From a virus, in IMG/VR virus record IMGVR_UViG_3300010403_000001, positions 15,712 to 79,711 of that record: a stretch of DNA of 64,000 nt, one strand, 5' to 3'. Each line of letters opens with the position of its first letter. Positions within the stretch are counted from its first letter, which is position 1. The notes beneath the pieces are model-generated. The model was not told the origin of the DNA and searched no databases. It saw only the letters and a program-made list of their open reading frames with translations. Both the position numbers and the translations under genes were made by a program. Below, piece after piece: positions 1 to 9,268 of the stretch.

Positions 1-745
1 CATTGTAATCGAGAAGCTCACCTTCTTTGAATACTGGAAGTTCTTGTGGTGGTTCATCTACTGACGTTGGTTGATGTAATTTTTTTTTATCCGAAAATTG
101 GATCAGGTCATCCAGTATCACCGTAAATTCACCAATGGTCTTACCCTTCATACCACGGAACGGCCAAACCTTATTGCTGCGGAGTAACTTTACCTTCTGG
201 GCTAAATTACTTGCGGCGAGGGTGCCATATGGTGGAACCAAGGCTTTGAATCGTTTACCTCTTTCAAGCGGCGATGTTAGACCGGGTGGAAGCGCAAGAA
301 ATCCTGCCCTGGAAATATCGTGGTATTTAGTCACAGGTGCATGGTGTAACCATTTCGCAGTCCTGAATGCGATCTTAGCACCTCGATTAGGATTGTTGGC
401 GAACTCAATCAGGTCATCCAATATGGCGATCAATTCTTTCTCGAACACCCTGGCACGAACGGTCTTTTCACCTTTTTCTTTCTTAGCAACGATCCGGTGG
501 TTCCCGTCCTCCACGAAATATTTTCCACCAATTTTGTGAAGCATTGGTAAATCACGGCCGGGCTTCTTCTTATATTCCTCTACGATATGCCGCTTTACCG
601 CATTCTGGTGTGAGACAATTTTACTAATGGGAATCTTCTGAACCTTGGACTTTACATCCTCTGGATATAGAGGGTTGTCCTCCCATTTGACCGTCTTGAA
701 CTGGATTAGATTATCCAGCAGATTAGTAATCTGGGTGATCGCCAT
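1..745 (-). CDS. Modular protein with ParB/sulfiredoxin-like domain and three L-D-x-L-I-[QE]-F motifs (runs off the window edge)
   Basis: Manual translation from ATG at 745: MAITQITNLLDNLIQFK...IPISKIVSHQ...KYFVEDGNHRIVA...ILDDLIEFA...ILDDLIQFS; open to position 1, so absent from the ORF track. Confidence 0.8.
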   Translation of the reverse strand, partial: MAITQITNLLDNLIQFKTVKWEDNPLYPEDVKSKVQKIPISKIVSHQNAVKRHIVEEYKKKPGRDLPMLHKIGGKYFVEDGNHRIVAKKEKGEKTVRARVFEKELIAILDDLIEFANNPNRGAKIAFRTAKWLHHAPVTKYHDISRAGFLALPPGLTSPLERGKRFKALVPPYGTLAASNLAQKVKLLRSNKVWPFRGMKGKTIGEFTVILDDLIQFSDKKKLHQPTSVDEPPQELPVFKEGELLDYN

Positions 746-746
746 A

Positions 747-1337
747 TCATATCTTCTTGCCTACTTTTTTCACCCATTTCTGAAGCCTTTTCCCGGACCT
801 CATCAGCAGCGATCGAGTAGCAAGGCTGCCGGTAGCAATGCCGGCTCCAGTCAGAGCTCCTCCACCAATCAATGCTGCGGCTTTAGGAAAACTAGATTTC
901 CCACGGCCGGTTAATTCATCGTACTCTTCTGGAGTAAGACGAATCTCGAAATTAATAATAGCATCCAGCTTGGCAGATAGCTGAACCAGTTTGGCATCAG
1001 AGCTCAATGACTTTCCCGCCAATCCCTTACCTATTCCTTTCACATGTCTCCAGATACGAGGACCAATGGAACCGATATCCTTACCAGTTCTTATCGTTCC
1101 AGTACGAAGAGCACTAGCGATATCATATGATTTACGACCTTTGATTTGTCCCCATGCGGCTCCAGGAACTTGCTTCCATGGAACACCTCCTGCATGCACA
1201 CCCCTGGCATACAGGTATCCCGGGACCCCAACAGCTGCTCCCCCAATCGCTAGATTCCGCTTCTCGCGTCCGCTCAATAAGGGTTCACGATCCGGCTCGG
1301 GTTCGGGATATGCAATAGGATAAGAAGGTCTAGCCAT
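747..1337 (-). CDS. Basic protein with two Gly/Ala-rich helices separated by LSAKLDAIINF (putative virion cargo)
   Basis: Stop 1 nt from the next ATG; LAIGGAAVGVPG and AAALIGGGALTGAGIATG segments. Confidence 0.7.
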   Translation of the reverse strand: MARPSYPIAYPEPEPDREPLLSGREKRNLAIGGAAVGVPGYLYARGVHAGGVPWKQVPGAAWGQIKGRKSYDIASALRTGTIRTGKDIGSIGPRIWRHVKGIGKGLAGKSLSSDAKLVQLSAKLDAIINFEIRLTPEEYDELTGRGKSSFPKAAALIGGGALTGAGIATGSLATRSLLMRSGKRLQKWVKKVGKKI

Positions 1338-1370
1338 CAATTTTTGCCTAGAATGTCAACGGACCAACCC

Positions 1371-1844
1371 ATGTCGCCAATCAATAAAAAACTATTCCAG
1401 GATTCCTTGCGTCATGTGCGCAGGGAACTTAAAACAATGAAATTCGGAAAAAAGAAAATAATGGAGACCAAAGTCTCACGGACGCTCATGCCGAGTATCA
1501 TAAAGAAAGGTTACTTCACCGATGAGGGAGAGATCTTCGTCCCGATCCTTCAATCTAAAATGGGGGTGAGGGATATACTCCGGCATGAATATGGCCATGC
1601 TCTCTTGTTTCAGTATCCGAGCATCAAACAGAAAGAGGGCTTTGATCTCTTTGGATATAGCACAAATACAGATGATTACGCATCAGATTATGCCATGGTG
1701 AATCCGGAAGAAGATTTCTGTGAAACCTTTATGGTGTACATGAAGACAAAGGGAAAGTTCCCATGGAATGAAGGCTCTCCACGTCTGAAAAAGAAATGGC
1801 AGTTTATTACCGCACTGAAACGCGGTTTCGGTCCTTCCTTGTAG
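1371..1844 (+). CDS. Zinc metallopeptidase (gluzincin-like)
   Basis: HEYGH (HExxH) plus downstream YAMVNPEEDFCETF; ATG 1371 preferred to TTG 1344. Confidence 0.75.
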   Translation: MSPINKKLFQDSLRHVRRELKTMKFGKKKIMETKVSRTLMPSIIKKGYFTDEGEIFVPILQSKMGVRDILRHEYGHALLFQYPSIKQKEGFDLFGYSTNTDDYASDYAMVNPEEDFCETFMVYMKTKGKFPWNEGSPRLKKKWQFITALKRGFGPSL

Positions 1845-4800
1845 TAGCAGCTACAGCCGCACCGGCAGTTGCTGGAACTGCAGCTAATCCAGTAGTTACC
1901 TTCTGATAGTTTTTGACCGGATTTCCTTTATATGCAATCAAGCGTCTGAAATAATTTGAATGCAGCGGTTCCTTGGTGGCCTCACGCAATGCTTCTCTTT
2001 CATTATATCCCCTGAATCGTAAATCCTGGAGATGAGCACTGAGGACCTTTTGTCCCTTCTTGAGTTCTTTTACCACTTCAGGATTCTTTCTGCCGCGCCA
2101 TTCACTAACAGCTTCCTTATGCCAGGAATCCAATGCCGAAGCGGGCGAATGCCTGAAAGCCGAATAATGCTCCAGGACGTGAGGATGTATACCTGATTTA
2201 GGACTTCCAACATCCCAGATCTTTGGGGATTTACCAATAAGCCATTTGACGGGAGCGGATTCAGGATGACGCAATGCCGAACCGGTAAGCTTCCCAGTAA
2301 TACCTTGGTTAAGAATATGTTGAGACGCTTCCAGATAATCAGCGACCTGCTTCCCATAGTTCGTTGGATTACCGGCTAATTTATCGATACGCGATCGAAG
2401 TCCGATCCTGGCAAATTTACCAGCTCCTCTATACAAAGGAATCCCAGCTGCAGCTACTGCTAAACCCGCAGCCACATTGTGTTTTCTCTTAGGTTCCTGG
2501 AATCGAATCTCTTCCAATCTGGAACTTAATTCTTCCTTAGAGATTTTACCCTGAGCAACCTTTTTAAAGAAATCCTTTTCCTTCGCCTCGCCTACTTCCT
2601 TTTCTATCTGGGCCGGAGTCTTCATCTTACCAGTCACAGGATTGAATTTACTGTGTTCGTACTTAGGTGGAGTTGTCAGAGGCTTATCACGCCACCTGGA
2701 CAATTCTTCTCTGGCACCATGGAAGAACCCGCCAACTTTACCCAGCCCTGGAACATCCTTAGCATATGATCCACGCTTAAAACCTTCCATGAGTTGCCCA
2801 ATACGGCTTTGAGGATGTGCTTGCTTGGCCCAGTTAATAACTCCTCTACCACCCTTGATTGTGGCTATCAGTCCAGCAGTAGTGAGGGCTCCGGCCACCC
2901 ATGGCTTTTCCCATTCGTTCTTTCGTGGACGACCGCGTGGATCAATGTTGGGTAGACCCTGACGCTTGAGATTAACATCCCTGAGCAATCGATGTGTTCG
3001 GCCGGCATACTTTTTGACTTTCTGGGCCTGTCCGATAGTGCTGTAAGTTCTTCCGTACAGTTTCTTATGCGCCCATTCCTGCAGCCAATCTGGACCCAGG
3101 TCGTCTGGGTCATCTGGCCTGACATCGAATTTCACCAGTTTAATCCGTGAGAGAAATGCATGTTTGGCTAGCTTCTTAAGTCCGTATCCAGCTAGAATAG
3201 TACCGCCAATAACTTCCGGAGCGAGCTCAACTCGTTTACCTCGCCAACTTCGTTCACCGAATTGATCTCTTGTAGTTTTGCCATACAGCCGAGCAGCCTT
3301 CTGGGTTGCTAAACCGATACCAGCACCAGCCAAAGTAGATTTAATTAATTTGGATGGTTTTCTTGCTGCCAGGGCACCGATACCAGCTCCGATTAATGTC
3401 GTGTGCCCATACAATCGGTCGGCTCGATCGATATCTCGTTCATGAATCTGCTTCATGTATCGATCACGAGCCACTATTTGGCGCTGACTCTGGAATTGAG
3501 TTAATTGCGATTCAGGAAGTAAGCCCTTCTGTTCAGCTTCCATTTCTTCTCGCTTTCTACGTTTGTTCTTTCTATGAGTGTATATCTTCTCGTATATCAA
3601 TGGCAATGCAGCAACTCCACCGGCAACCGCCAGATCAGACTTAAGCCCAAACTGGATCAGTCTTTGCCTGGATGACATTTGTTGTTTCCTTCTTTTTTTC
3701 AGTTGTGCCAGAGTGAGTCCGACCAGGCCAGTCGCCGCACCTCCAACAAGACCGCCCACGGCGATTTTACGACCTATGCCGCTACCCTTAGGGGCAAACT
3801 TCTTAAAAAGAAGCTCACTGGCTGGATATGCTAATCCTCCTTCAATCGCTCCAATAGCAATGTCATGCGCTGTGTGATCCTGTGTTGTGCCAGCCAACTG
3901 AGCACGGACTTTATCCAGGGCACTGAACTGCACGTTTTGCCGACGGCCGTTATGCGGAGTAATGCCAATAGTTATGGTAGCGCGTTGCTCTCTGGGTTCT
4001 CTTGGTTTGGGTTGTCGAGGTTTATAGAGATTGAGGATCTCCCTGGCTTCATGCCGTTGATGCGCCCGTTTGTCGTAACGACCCAATGCATATCCACCAA
4101 CTGCACCACCAGCTAAAGTTCCGGCAGCGATCAATTTGAGTCTGCCGGCACGCCTGGCGCTCTCCTGCCCCAATCTTTCAGTCAGCTCACCAGTCTGCCT
4201 TTCGTAGGTTGATTTTGCAGCAGTAACCCCTTCTTCACGTCCGAGTGTGTGACCCTTTTTGAATGCTTCCCCATGCTTAGCTGCATGTTCTGCACCAAGC
4301 TTTTCGGCCTGAGCTTTTAATGCTTCTTCTCCAAGATGTTCCCTGGTTTTTGCTTGCTCCCGTAGAGTTTTTATCACTCCAAGGTTCTTTGTATGGGTTT
4401 CTTGTAACGCTCGAAGCGCCCTCATGTCCATCGGCTTAATATCCTGGACTTTGCTACCACCAGCAGCCCTGATAAATTTCGTCCATTTCTGTCGAGCTAT
4501 TTGAAATGTGGAAAATGGTTTAGCCTTTTTCCCAGCGAGTTTTTCGCTCTCAAGCCAGGTTCCAGGAATAGCTGTGGTGGATTTCGACACACCTGTTTTC
4601 CCAGCCTGTCTGAAAACTTCCAAAGCTTCTTGCGCTTCACGCGGAATTGGAAACTTGGCAAACTGGATCTCTTTTAAGCGTGATTTCATCTGCTGTGTTC
4701 GGCTGCGTTTGCGAGCTGCATGAATAGCCAAAGCGCCGCCGGCCAGTACTCCAGCGGCCCCGATACCAATCCCGAGTTTCCCAAGATGAGGGAAACCGGT

Positions 4801-6054
4801 TGCAGCTTCTGCTATCGGAGTTGTGAAAATCTTTCGTTCTTTCAAAATCTTCTGCTTAACCCCACTAAGTCCTGCAAACTTGCTGCGCTCGTACGTTGTA
4901 TCCATGTGCCGCTTCAATTTCCGGATACGTCCAGGCGTAATTGGTTTGGTGGTTCTGCTGCCTTTTTGTAAAATATCCTGAATGCTGCTGACGCTAACCT
5001 CAGATAGCGGTGTGCCGCCATATTCATATGGTTTATCAGTGATTAATCCCATAGCTCCACGAGCCTGGGTTTTAATGTCTTCCGGACTTTTCCGAATCAG
5101 GAAATGCTGATGGATTTGTTTTTGGACTTCATGCTCTTCCTCTGGAGAGGCAGCAGATTTGAGTTGCTTATGTAATTTAGAAAGTTTGGATTGCCAATCT
5201 CCCTGGTGTTCTTCAGCTATTTGGGTCATTCCTCTTGTGGCGATCCGGCTTAAACGTTCACCGGCATGAGTCCTGGCGGCCGTGGATGCCTCTTGTCGTT
5301 GTTTGGCGAGGCCCGATAGCCGCTTCTTGTATTCAACCATCCGTTCAGGATGAGCTCTGGCAGATTCAAGGCTGGCATTTTTGGCTCTGATTATAGCCAG
5401 GCTTTCCCTTGCTTCCCCTGCCATGTAATCACGATGTAGCTTCATCTGACCCTGAATATGCTGCACTGTCTTTGAGCGTAATTCTCTGGGTCCAACCCTT
5501 TCTCCAGCATATTGCTCCTGAACTTCTTGCCTATGTCTCCCCCACACTTCACTTGTGGGAATTTTCTCTATCTCCGATTGGGCTCGAACGTACTTCTTCC
5601 AATTCATCCGCTGCCGCTCGTAGACAGGAACGTCTTTAAATGTCTCGCCGGGCTTTATATCGGCTTCTTTAACCGTAGCCCACTGTTTACCCTTGGGGGC
5701 GGAATATGGTTGAGCTTGCCCAGCAGCGAGAGGCCTTAACGCCTTAAGACGGGTCGCAGGTTTACCGAGTGGTTCTCCAGCTACCGGTTCCTTGAACCCA
5801 CCTTCTACCTTCTGCCATCGGACAGGACGCCCAATGGTGTAGACCTGTTCAGGGTCCATCTTTTGGGATACTGCTTCTTTAATCTTTCGACCGCTTACTG
5901 AAATGTTGTATTTGCTTTCCGGGGCATAAGCTGTGTGGCGTTCGCCGGCAGCGAATTTGATTTCGACGTTCAGCTTCCTGGCCAATCGCTTCAAAGCTGC
6001 AAGCGGGCGCACTTTACCTTCTGCGCGAGGCACTGATTCTGTGGTGTTGAACAC
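1807..6054 (-). CDS. 1415-aa basic modular protein, putative polyprotein/internal virion protein
   Basis: Long ORF; repeated Gly/Ala hydrophobic helices followed by K/R clusters and (M/L)xSR..IxF motifs; lies downstream of the portal. Confidence 0.75.
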   Translation of the reverse strand: MFNTTESVPRAEGKVRPLAALKRLARKLNVEIKFAAGERHTAYAPESKYNISVSGRKIKEAVSQKMDPEQVYTIGRPVRWQKVEGGFKEPVAGEPLGKPATRLKALRPLAAGQAQPYSAPKGKQWATVKEADIKPGETFKDVPVYERQRMNWKKYVRAQSEIEKIPTSEVWGRHRQEVQEQYAGERVGPRELRSKTVQHIQGQMKLHRDYMAGEARESLAIIRAKNASLESARAHPERMVEYKKRLSGLAKQRQEASTAARTHAGERLSRIATRGMTQIAEEHQGDWQSKLSKLHKQLKSAASPEEEHEVQKQIHQHFLIRKSPEDIKTQARGAMGLITDKPYEYGGTPLSEVSVSSIQDILQKGSRTTKPITPGRIRKLKRHMDTTYERSKFAGLSGVKQKILKERKIFTTPIAEAATGFPHLGKLGIGIGAAGVLAGGALAIHAARKRSRTQQMKSRLKEIQFAKFPIPREAQEALEVFRQAGKTGVSKSTTAIPGTWLESEKLAGKKAKPFSTFQIARQKWTKFIRAAGGSKVQDIKPMDMRALRALQETHTKNLGVIKTLREQAKTREHLGEEALKAQAEKLGAEHAAKHGEAFKKGHTLGREEGVTAAKSTYERQTGELTERLGQESARRAGRLKLIAAGTLAGGAVGGYALGRYDKRAHQRHEAREILNLYKPRQPKPREPREQRATITIGITPHNGRRQNVQFSALDKVRAQLAGTTQDHTAHDIAIGAIEGGLAYPASELLFKKFAPKGSGIGRKIAVGGLVGGAATGLVGLTLAQLKKRRKQQMSSRQRLIQFGLKSDLAVAGGVAALPLIYEKIYTHRKNKRRKREEMEAEQKGLLPESQLTQFQSQRQIVARDRYMKQIHERDIDRADRLYGHTTLIGAGIGALAARKPSKLIKSTLAGAGIGLATQKAARLYGKTTRDQFGERSWRGKRVELAPEVIGGTILAGYGLKKLAKHAFLSRIKLVKFDVRPDDPDDLGPDWLQEWAHKKLYGRTYSTIGQAQKVKKYAGRTHRLLRDVNLKRQGLPNIDPRGRPRKNEWEKPWVAGALTTAGLIATIKGGRGVINWAKQAHPQSRIGQLMEGFKRGSYAKDVPGLGKVGGFFHGAREELSRWRDKPLTTPPKYEHSKFNPVTGKMKTPAQIEKEVGEAKEKDFFKKVAQGKISKEELSSRLEEIRFQEPKRKHNVAAGLAVAAAGIPLYRGAGKFARIGLRSRIDKLAGNPTNYGKQVADYLEASQHILNQGITGKLTGSALRHPESAPVKWLIGKSPKIWDVGSPKSGIHPHVLEHYSAFRHSPASALDSWHKEAVSEWRGRKNPEVVKELKKGQKVLSAHLQDLRFRGYNEREALREATKEPLHSNYFRRLIAYKGNPVKNYQKVTTGLAAVPATAGAAVAATTRKDRNRVSVR

Positions 6055-7363
6055 GCCTCACCTAGGCATGTCAATCTGCCACCAAAAATGAAAAATAACG
6101 GGATGTTCCCAAAACGAGGCTAAAAGAAAAAAATAGTATAAGAAAATCCTCGATTCAGAATGTCTGGCGATACTGTGTATTTTTAATGGAGTACACCAAT
6201 CGCTGGTCAGCAAACCAACGAGAGTCGCAGACTCCATTCTGCAAACATGAAAGATAAAATGAGAAAGATGAAAGGTAATAACAATAAAGAAAAGGGCGAA
6301 GGCCACAAAGCACGATTTGCTGTTGTGGGGACATTCACAACCGTGATAGATGGAGAGAAATCCGAATTCAATCTGAATTGGGATGTTACCCTTTCCATGG
6401 AAAACCTCGATTACGCCGTACGCGATATCGCGGGCAGCATTGCGCAAGTTGCCGGCAAGATCGCCAAGGATGGGATCAAGGGTGACGACGGCGTCAGGCA
6501 AAAGGTAGCGGTTAGCTAAACAACAAACCCCGCTGGCAGACCGGGTAATGTCTGCCAAACTTAAACCTGAAAACTGAAAGGAAAAAACCATGACTGAAAC
6601 AGCAAGGAAAAACAGAAGACTAAAACGAATCAAAACAACACCGTACCCAACGGAACATTTCGCAATTCGAGACTCGGCAGATCCCGATCCAACTCCAGCT
6701 CAGCAAATGATGGATCGAGACGACGATTATCAATATCGAAATGGCGCTTGGATCAACGATGTAAGTGACCGTTACGGAAGAACGTGTGACGAATTCTAAC
6801 CTGAAAGAAAAACATGGAAACTGAAACAAATAAGTATCACAAACAATTGAGCGATAAGAAATTACCGCTCACTGCAGAGGAGCTTCTTCATATCATGCGT
6901 CCAGAGGTAGAAGAGATTCTACAAAGGCATGGATGGACAGAACCTCCCAGCCAATCACATCGGGCAGTCAAAGCTATAACCGAATGGGAGAATCCGCTCG
7001 GGAAGGATATGGCAGTGCTCCTGGATTTCCTGAAAGTGCATCGCACAGTTTGGATACTGGAAGGGAAACCAATATGAACATACAGAACATAGAGGACATA
7101 ATAAAACAAGCATTCAAGATTGAACAGGATAAGAAGTTGAGGTACCCGGCCGGTACAATTATCGCTCATCAAAGCGATCGTATGGCTTACGAGCTACTTC
7201 GTTATGAAGGTGATGAAGCGGTGGTGAGTCACAATAATATTGAGAAACGGTTCCCGGCACAAGAGATCGTAAACATAAACACCGTGAAGGATATCGTTTG
7301 CGAGATCTATACCTGCGGAAGTTATGCCCCTGATAGGCACATCATGGTCAAACTATAGGTTAT

Positions 7364-7627
7364 ATGCCATCACTGGAAATGCACTGCCAGGACTGCGTAG
7401 AAAAGCTTGGCGAACCGTTCACATACGTCCATCAGTGGCTGGATCAGCTCTGGCCAGTCCTTGGACCGCAACATCGTGCCGTTCGGCACAATGATACAGG
7501 CGTAGATTACATCCGGCTAAAATGGGGCGACAGGGCAGCCCAGGCGGCCGTGTTACACATCAAACTAGACGAGGATTTCGTCTACCAAAACGGTATTTGG
7601 GTTAGGGCCAAAATGGACGCATTTTGA
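7364..7627 (+). CDS. His-rich small protein (DUF6915-like)
   Basis: HCQDC..VHQWLD..HRAVRH..A.LHI..D pattern. Confidence 0.5.
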   Translation: MPSLEMHCQDCVEKLGEPFTYVHQWLDQLWPVLGPQHRAVRHNDTGVDYIRLKWGDRAAQAAVLHIKLDEDFVYQNGIWVRAKMDAF

Positions 7628-7640
7628 TCATACCCTTACC

Positions 7641-7694
7641 TAGCGTAGAGGGTCCGGAAAAGGGTTAATATTACCCCTTTTCCGGACTACGCTA
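7641..7694. repeat. Long palindrome, copy 1 (GTCCGGAAAAGGGTTAATATTACCCCTTTTCCGGAC)
   Basis: 36-bp inverted repeat 7652-7687 with one mismatch; outer TAGCGTAG/CTACGCTA arms. Confidence 0.9.
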
Positions 7695-9052
7695 AACCAA
7701 TAAAAACAACCACAAACAATATGGAAACAATCACAGAAGGATTCAAAAAATTCATGAAGGAGGTCTGGCCAGCAATAAGTGCAGAATCTCGACAATATAA
7801 GGTGTGCAGAAACGTGTTTTTTGCCAGTGTGCTATGGACATTGGGGACATTAAGCGAGTCGATTAAATCCGGTGAGAAACAACCAGTAGATGTATTACGG
7901 AAACAGCTCGAAGACTTTCTAAAACAATTAGACGCAGAGAAAGCGATCCGTGAAGACATACTCAAAGCATGGATGGGGGAATAATGGTAGAAATCAAAAT
8001 CACCATTACCGAGGAGTCAGACGGCTGTATTCAAACTCACGTGAGTGCACATAGTATCGGCACACTCAGGGAAAGCATGATGGGGCAGGCAATGGCTAGA
8101 ACCTGTGCTCATGTCGCTGAATGGATTGCGAAAAGAGTAGGTCAACCGGAGGGAGTTATCGTGGAGGACAAAATAGAAATCATTCCACTGGAGGACAAGA
8201 AATAAATGCCACTAATAATAGCAAAACCTAATCGTGGCCGCAGGGATATAATGATTATCCTTGGGCCAGAAAATGTAGAGCGTATGCAGCAAAAAGATCC
8301 GTTCGAACTAATAGTTCCGCAATTGCCATTCGATGAACCAATTGGGACTATTAGAGTCAGTATTGCTACCGAGGATGAACTTAAAGAATTCGAACAGCTC
8401 GGTAAACAAGGCAAGACCGACGAGGCCATAGAGAAGGCTACTGCTGGATGGAAATTCCGGCCAGAATTAGGGGACCACGATCGTGGACCTGAAATTTTAT
8501 TCAGGAAAGACAAAAACCAACAACAATGAAAACAAAACTACCAAAAAGAATAAAAGTGAAGTTCACAGAAGAAGACCGGATCAGTGCGGGAAGATACACT
8601 GATTCAGCAAACTGTCTGATGGCCACCGCTCTAAAGCGCATGGGATATAATACTAACCGAAAGATTGGTGTATATCCAGGCATCGTCCATATCGGACCAG
8701 GCAGGTACAGGGGCGAGGTCTATGCCCACACAGTGAAACGAAACGATATGGACTCAAAGCCGTACTACGAGGAATCCGTAGTCGGCACAACCATCACACT
8801 GACTCGTGAACACGCCAGACGATAAGCTCAAGGATCGTATCGGTAAATGCCGGTGCGGTCATTCCGGGGATGCCTCGCCTAGTGATCATGTGGATCTGAC
8901 CACTCTGGGGTTCGTCCAGCGAGGTCATGGGCATTGCACCAAATGCACATGTAAACAATTCACGTGGGTGGGACTTATGGAGAAGTAAGGAGGTGATACC
9001 ACATGTTCGGAATACCCATCAATCCGACACATAGGTAATGCCGAGCTTAAGT

Positions 9053-9268
9053 TCAATCCTGAAAGCTCGGCACTTCATAAACCCGCTTGCTTCCATCAGG
9101 ATATGTAATCAATCCCTCACCATTGCTGCGGGTAAGGGTGGTCCAGGTCATTTGGACCAATGGATGCCAGTGGCGCTGTTCCCAGAAGAACTTCTGCCTG
9201 TCAGGCGAGAGGGTTTCGAGTTTGCTGAGGTTTTTAAGGTATTGCTCGGTGAACGAGACGATACTCAT
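9053..9268 (-). CDS. Small hypothetical protein coupled to the portal gene
   Basis: ATGA overlap with the portal stop. Confidence 0.6.
   Translation of the reverse strand: MSIVSFTEQYLKNLSKLETLSPDRQKFFWEQRHWHPLVQMTWTTLTRSNGEGLITYPDGSKRVYEVPSFQD

Larger units (their letters stand above)
6247..8988 (+). other. Plus-strand island 1: about 10 small hypothetical phage genes (6247-6519, 6590-6799, 6814-7077, 7074-7358, 7364-7627, 7721-7984, 7984-8205, 8206-8529, 8526-8825, 8806-8988)
   Basis: Tightly packed ORFs with overlapping start/stop codons and A-rich leaders. Confidence 0.75.

Noticed and set aside
80-88. T9 homopolymer as a phase-variation tract
   Set aside because: Encodes in-frame KKK on the minus strand and the frame stays open
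135-1323. Plus-strand ORFs 135-539, 645-914, 991-1323
   Set aside because: Antisense shadows of the minus-strand genes; no motifs
1807-6054. 1415-aa ORF as tape measure, capsid or MuF protein
   Set aside because: A tape measure lies at 62219-64000; no capsid, protease or MuF motifs were recognised, and the composition is basic and modular
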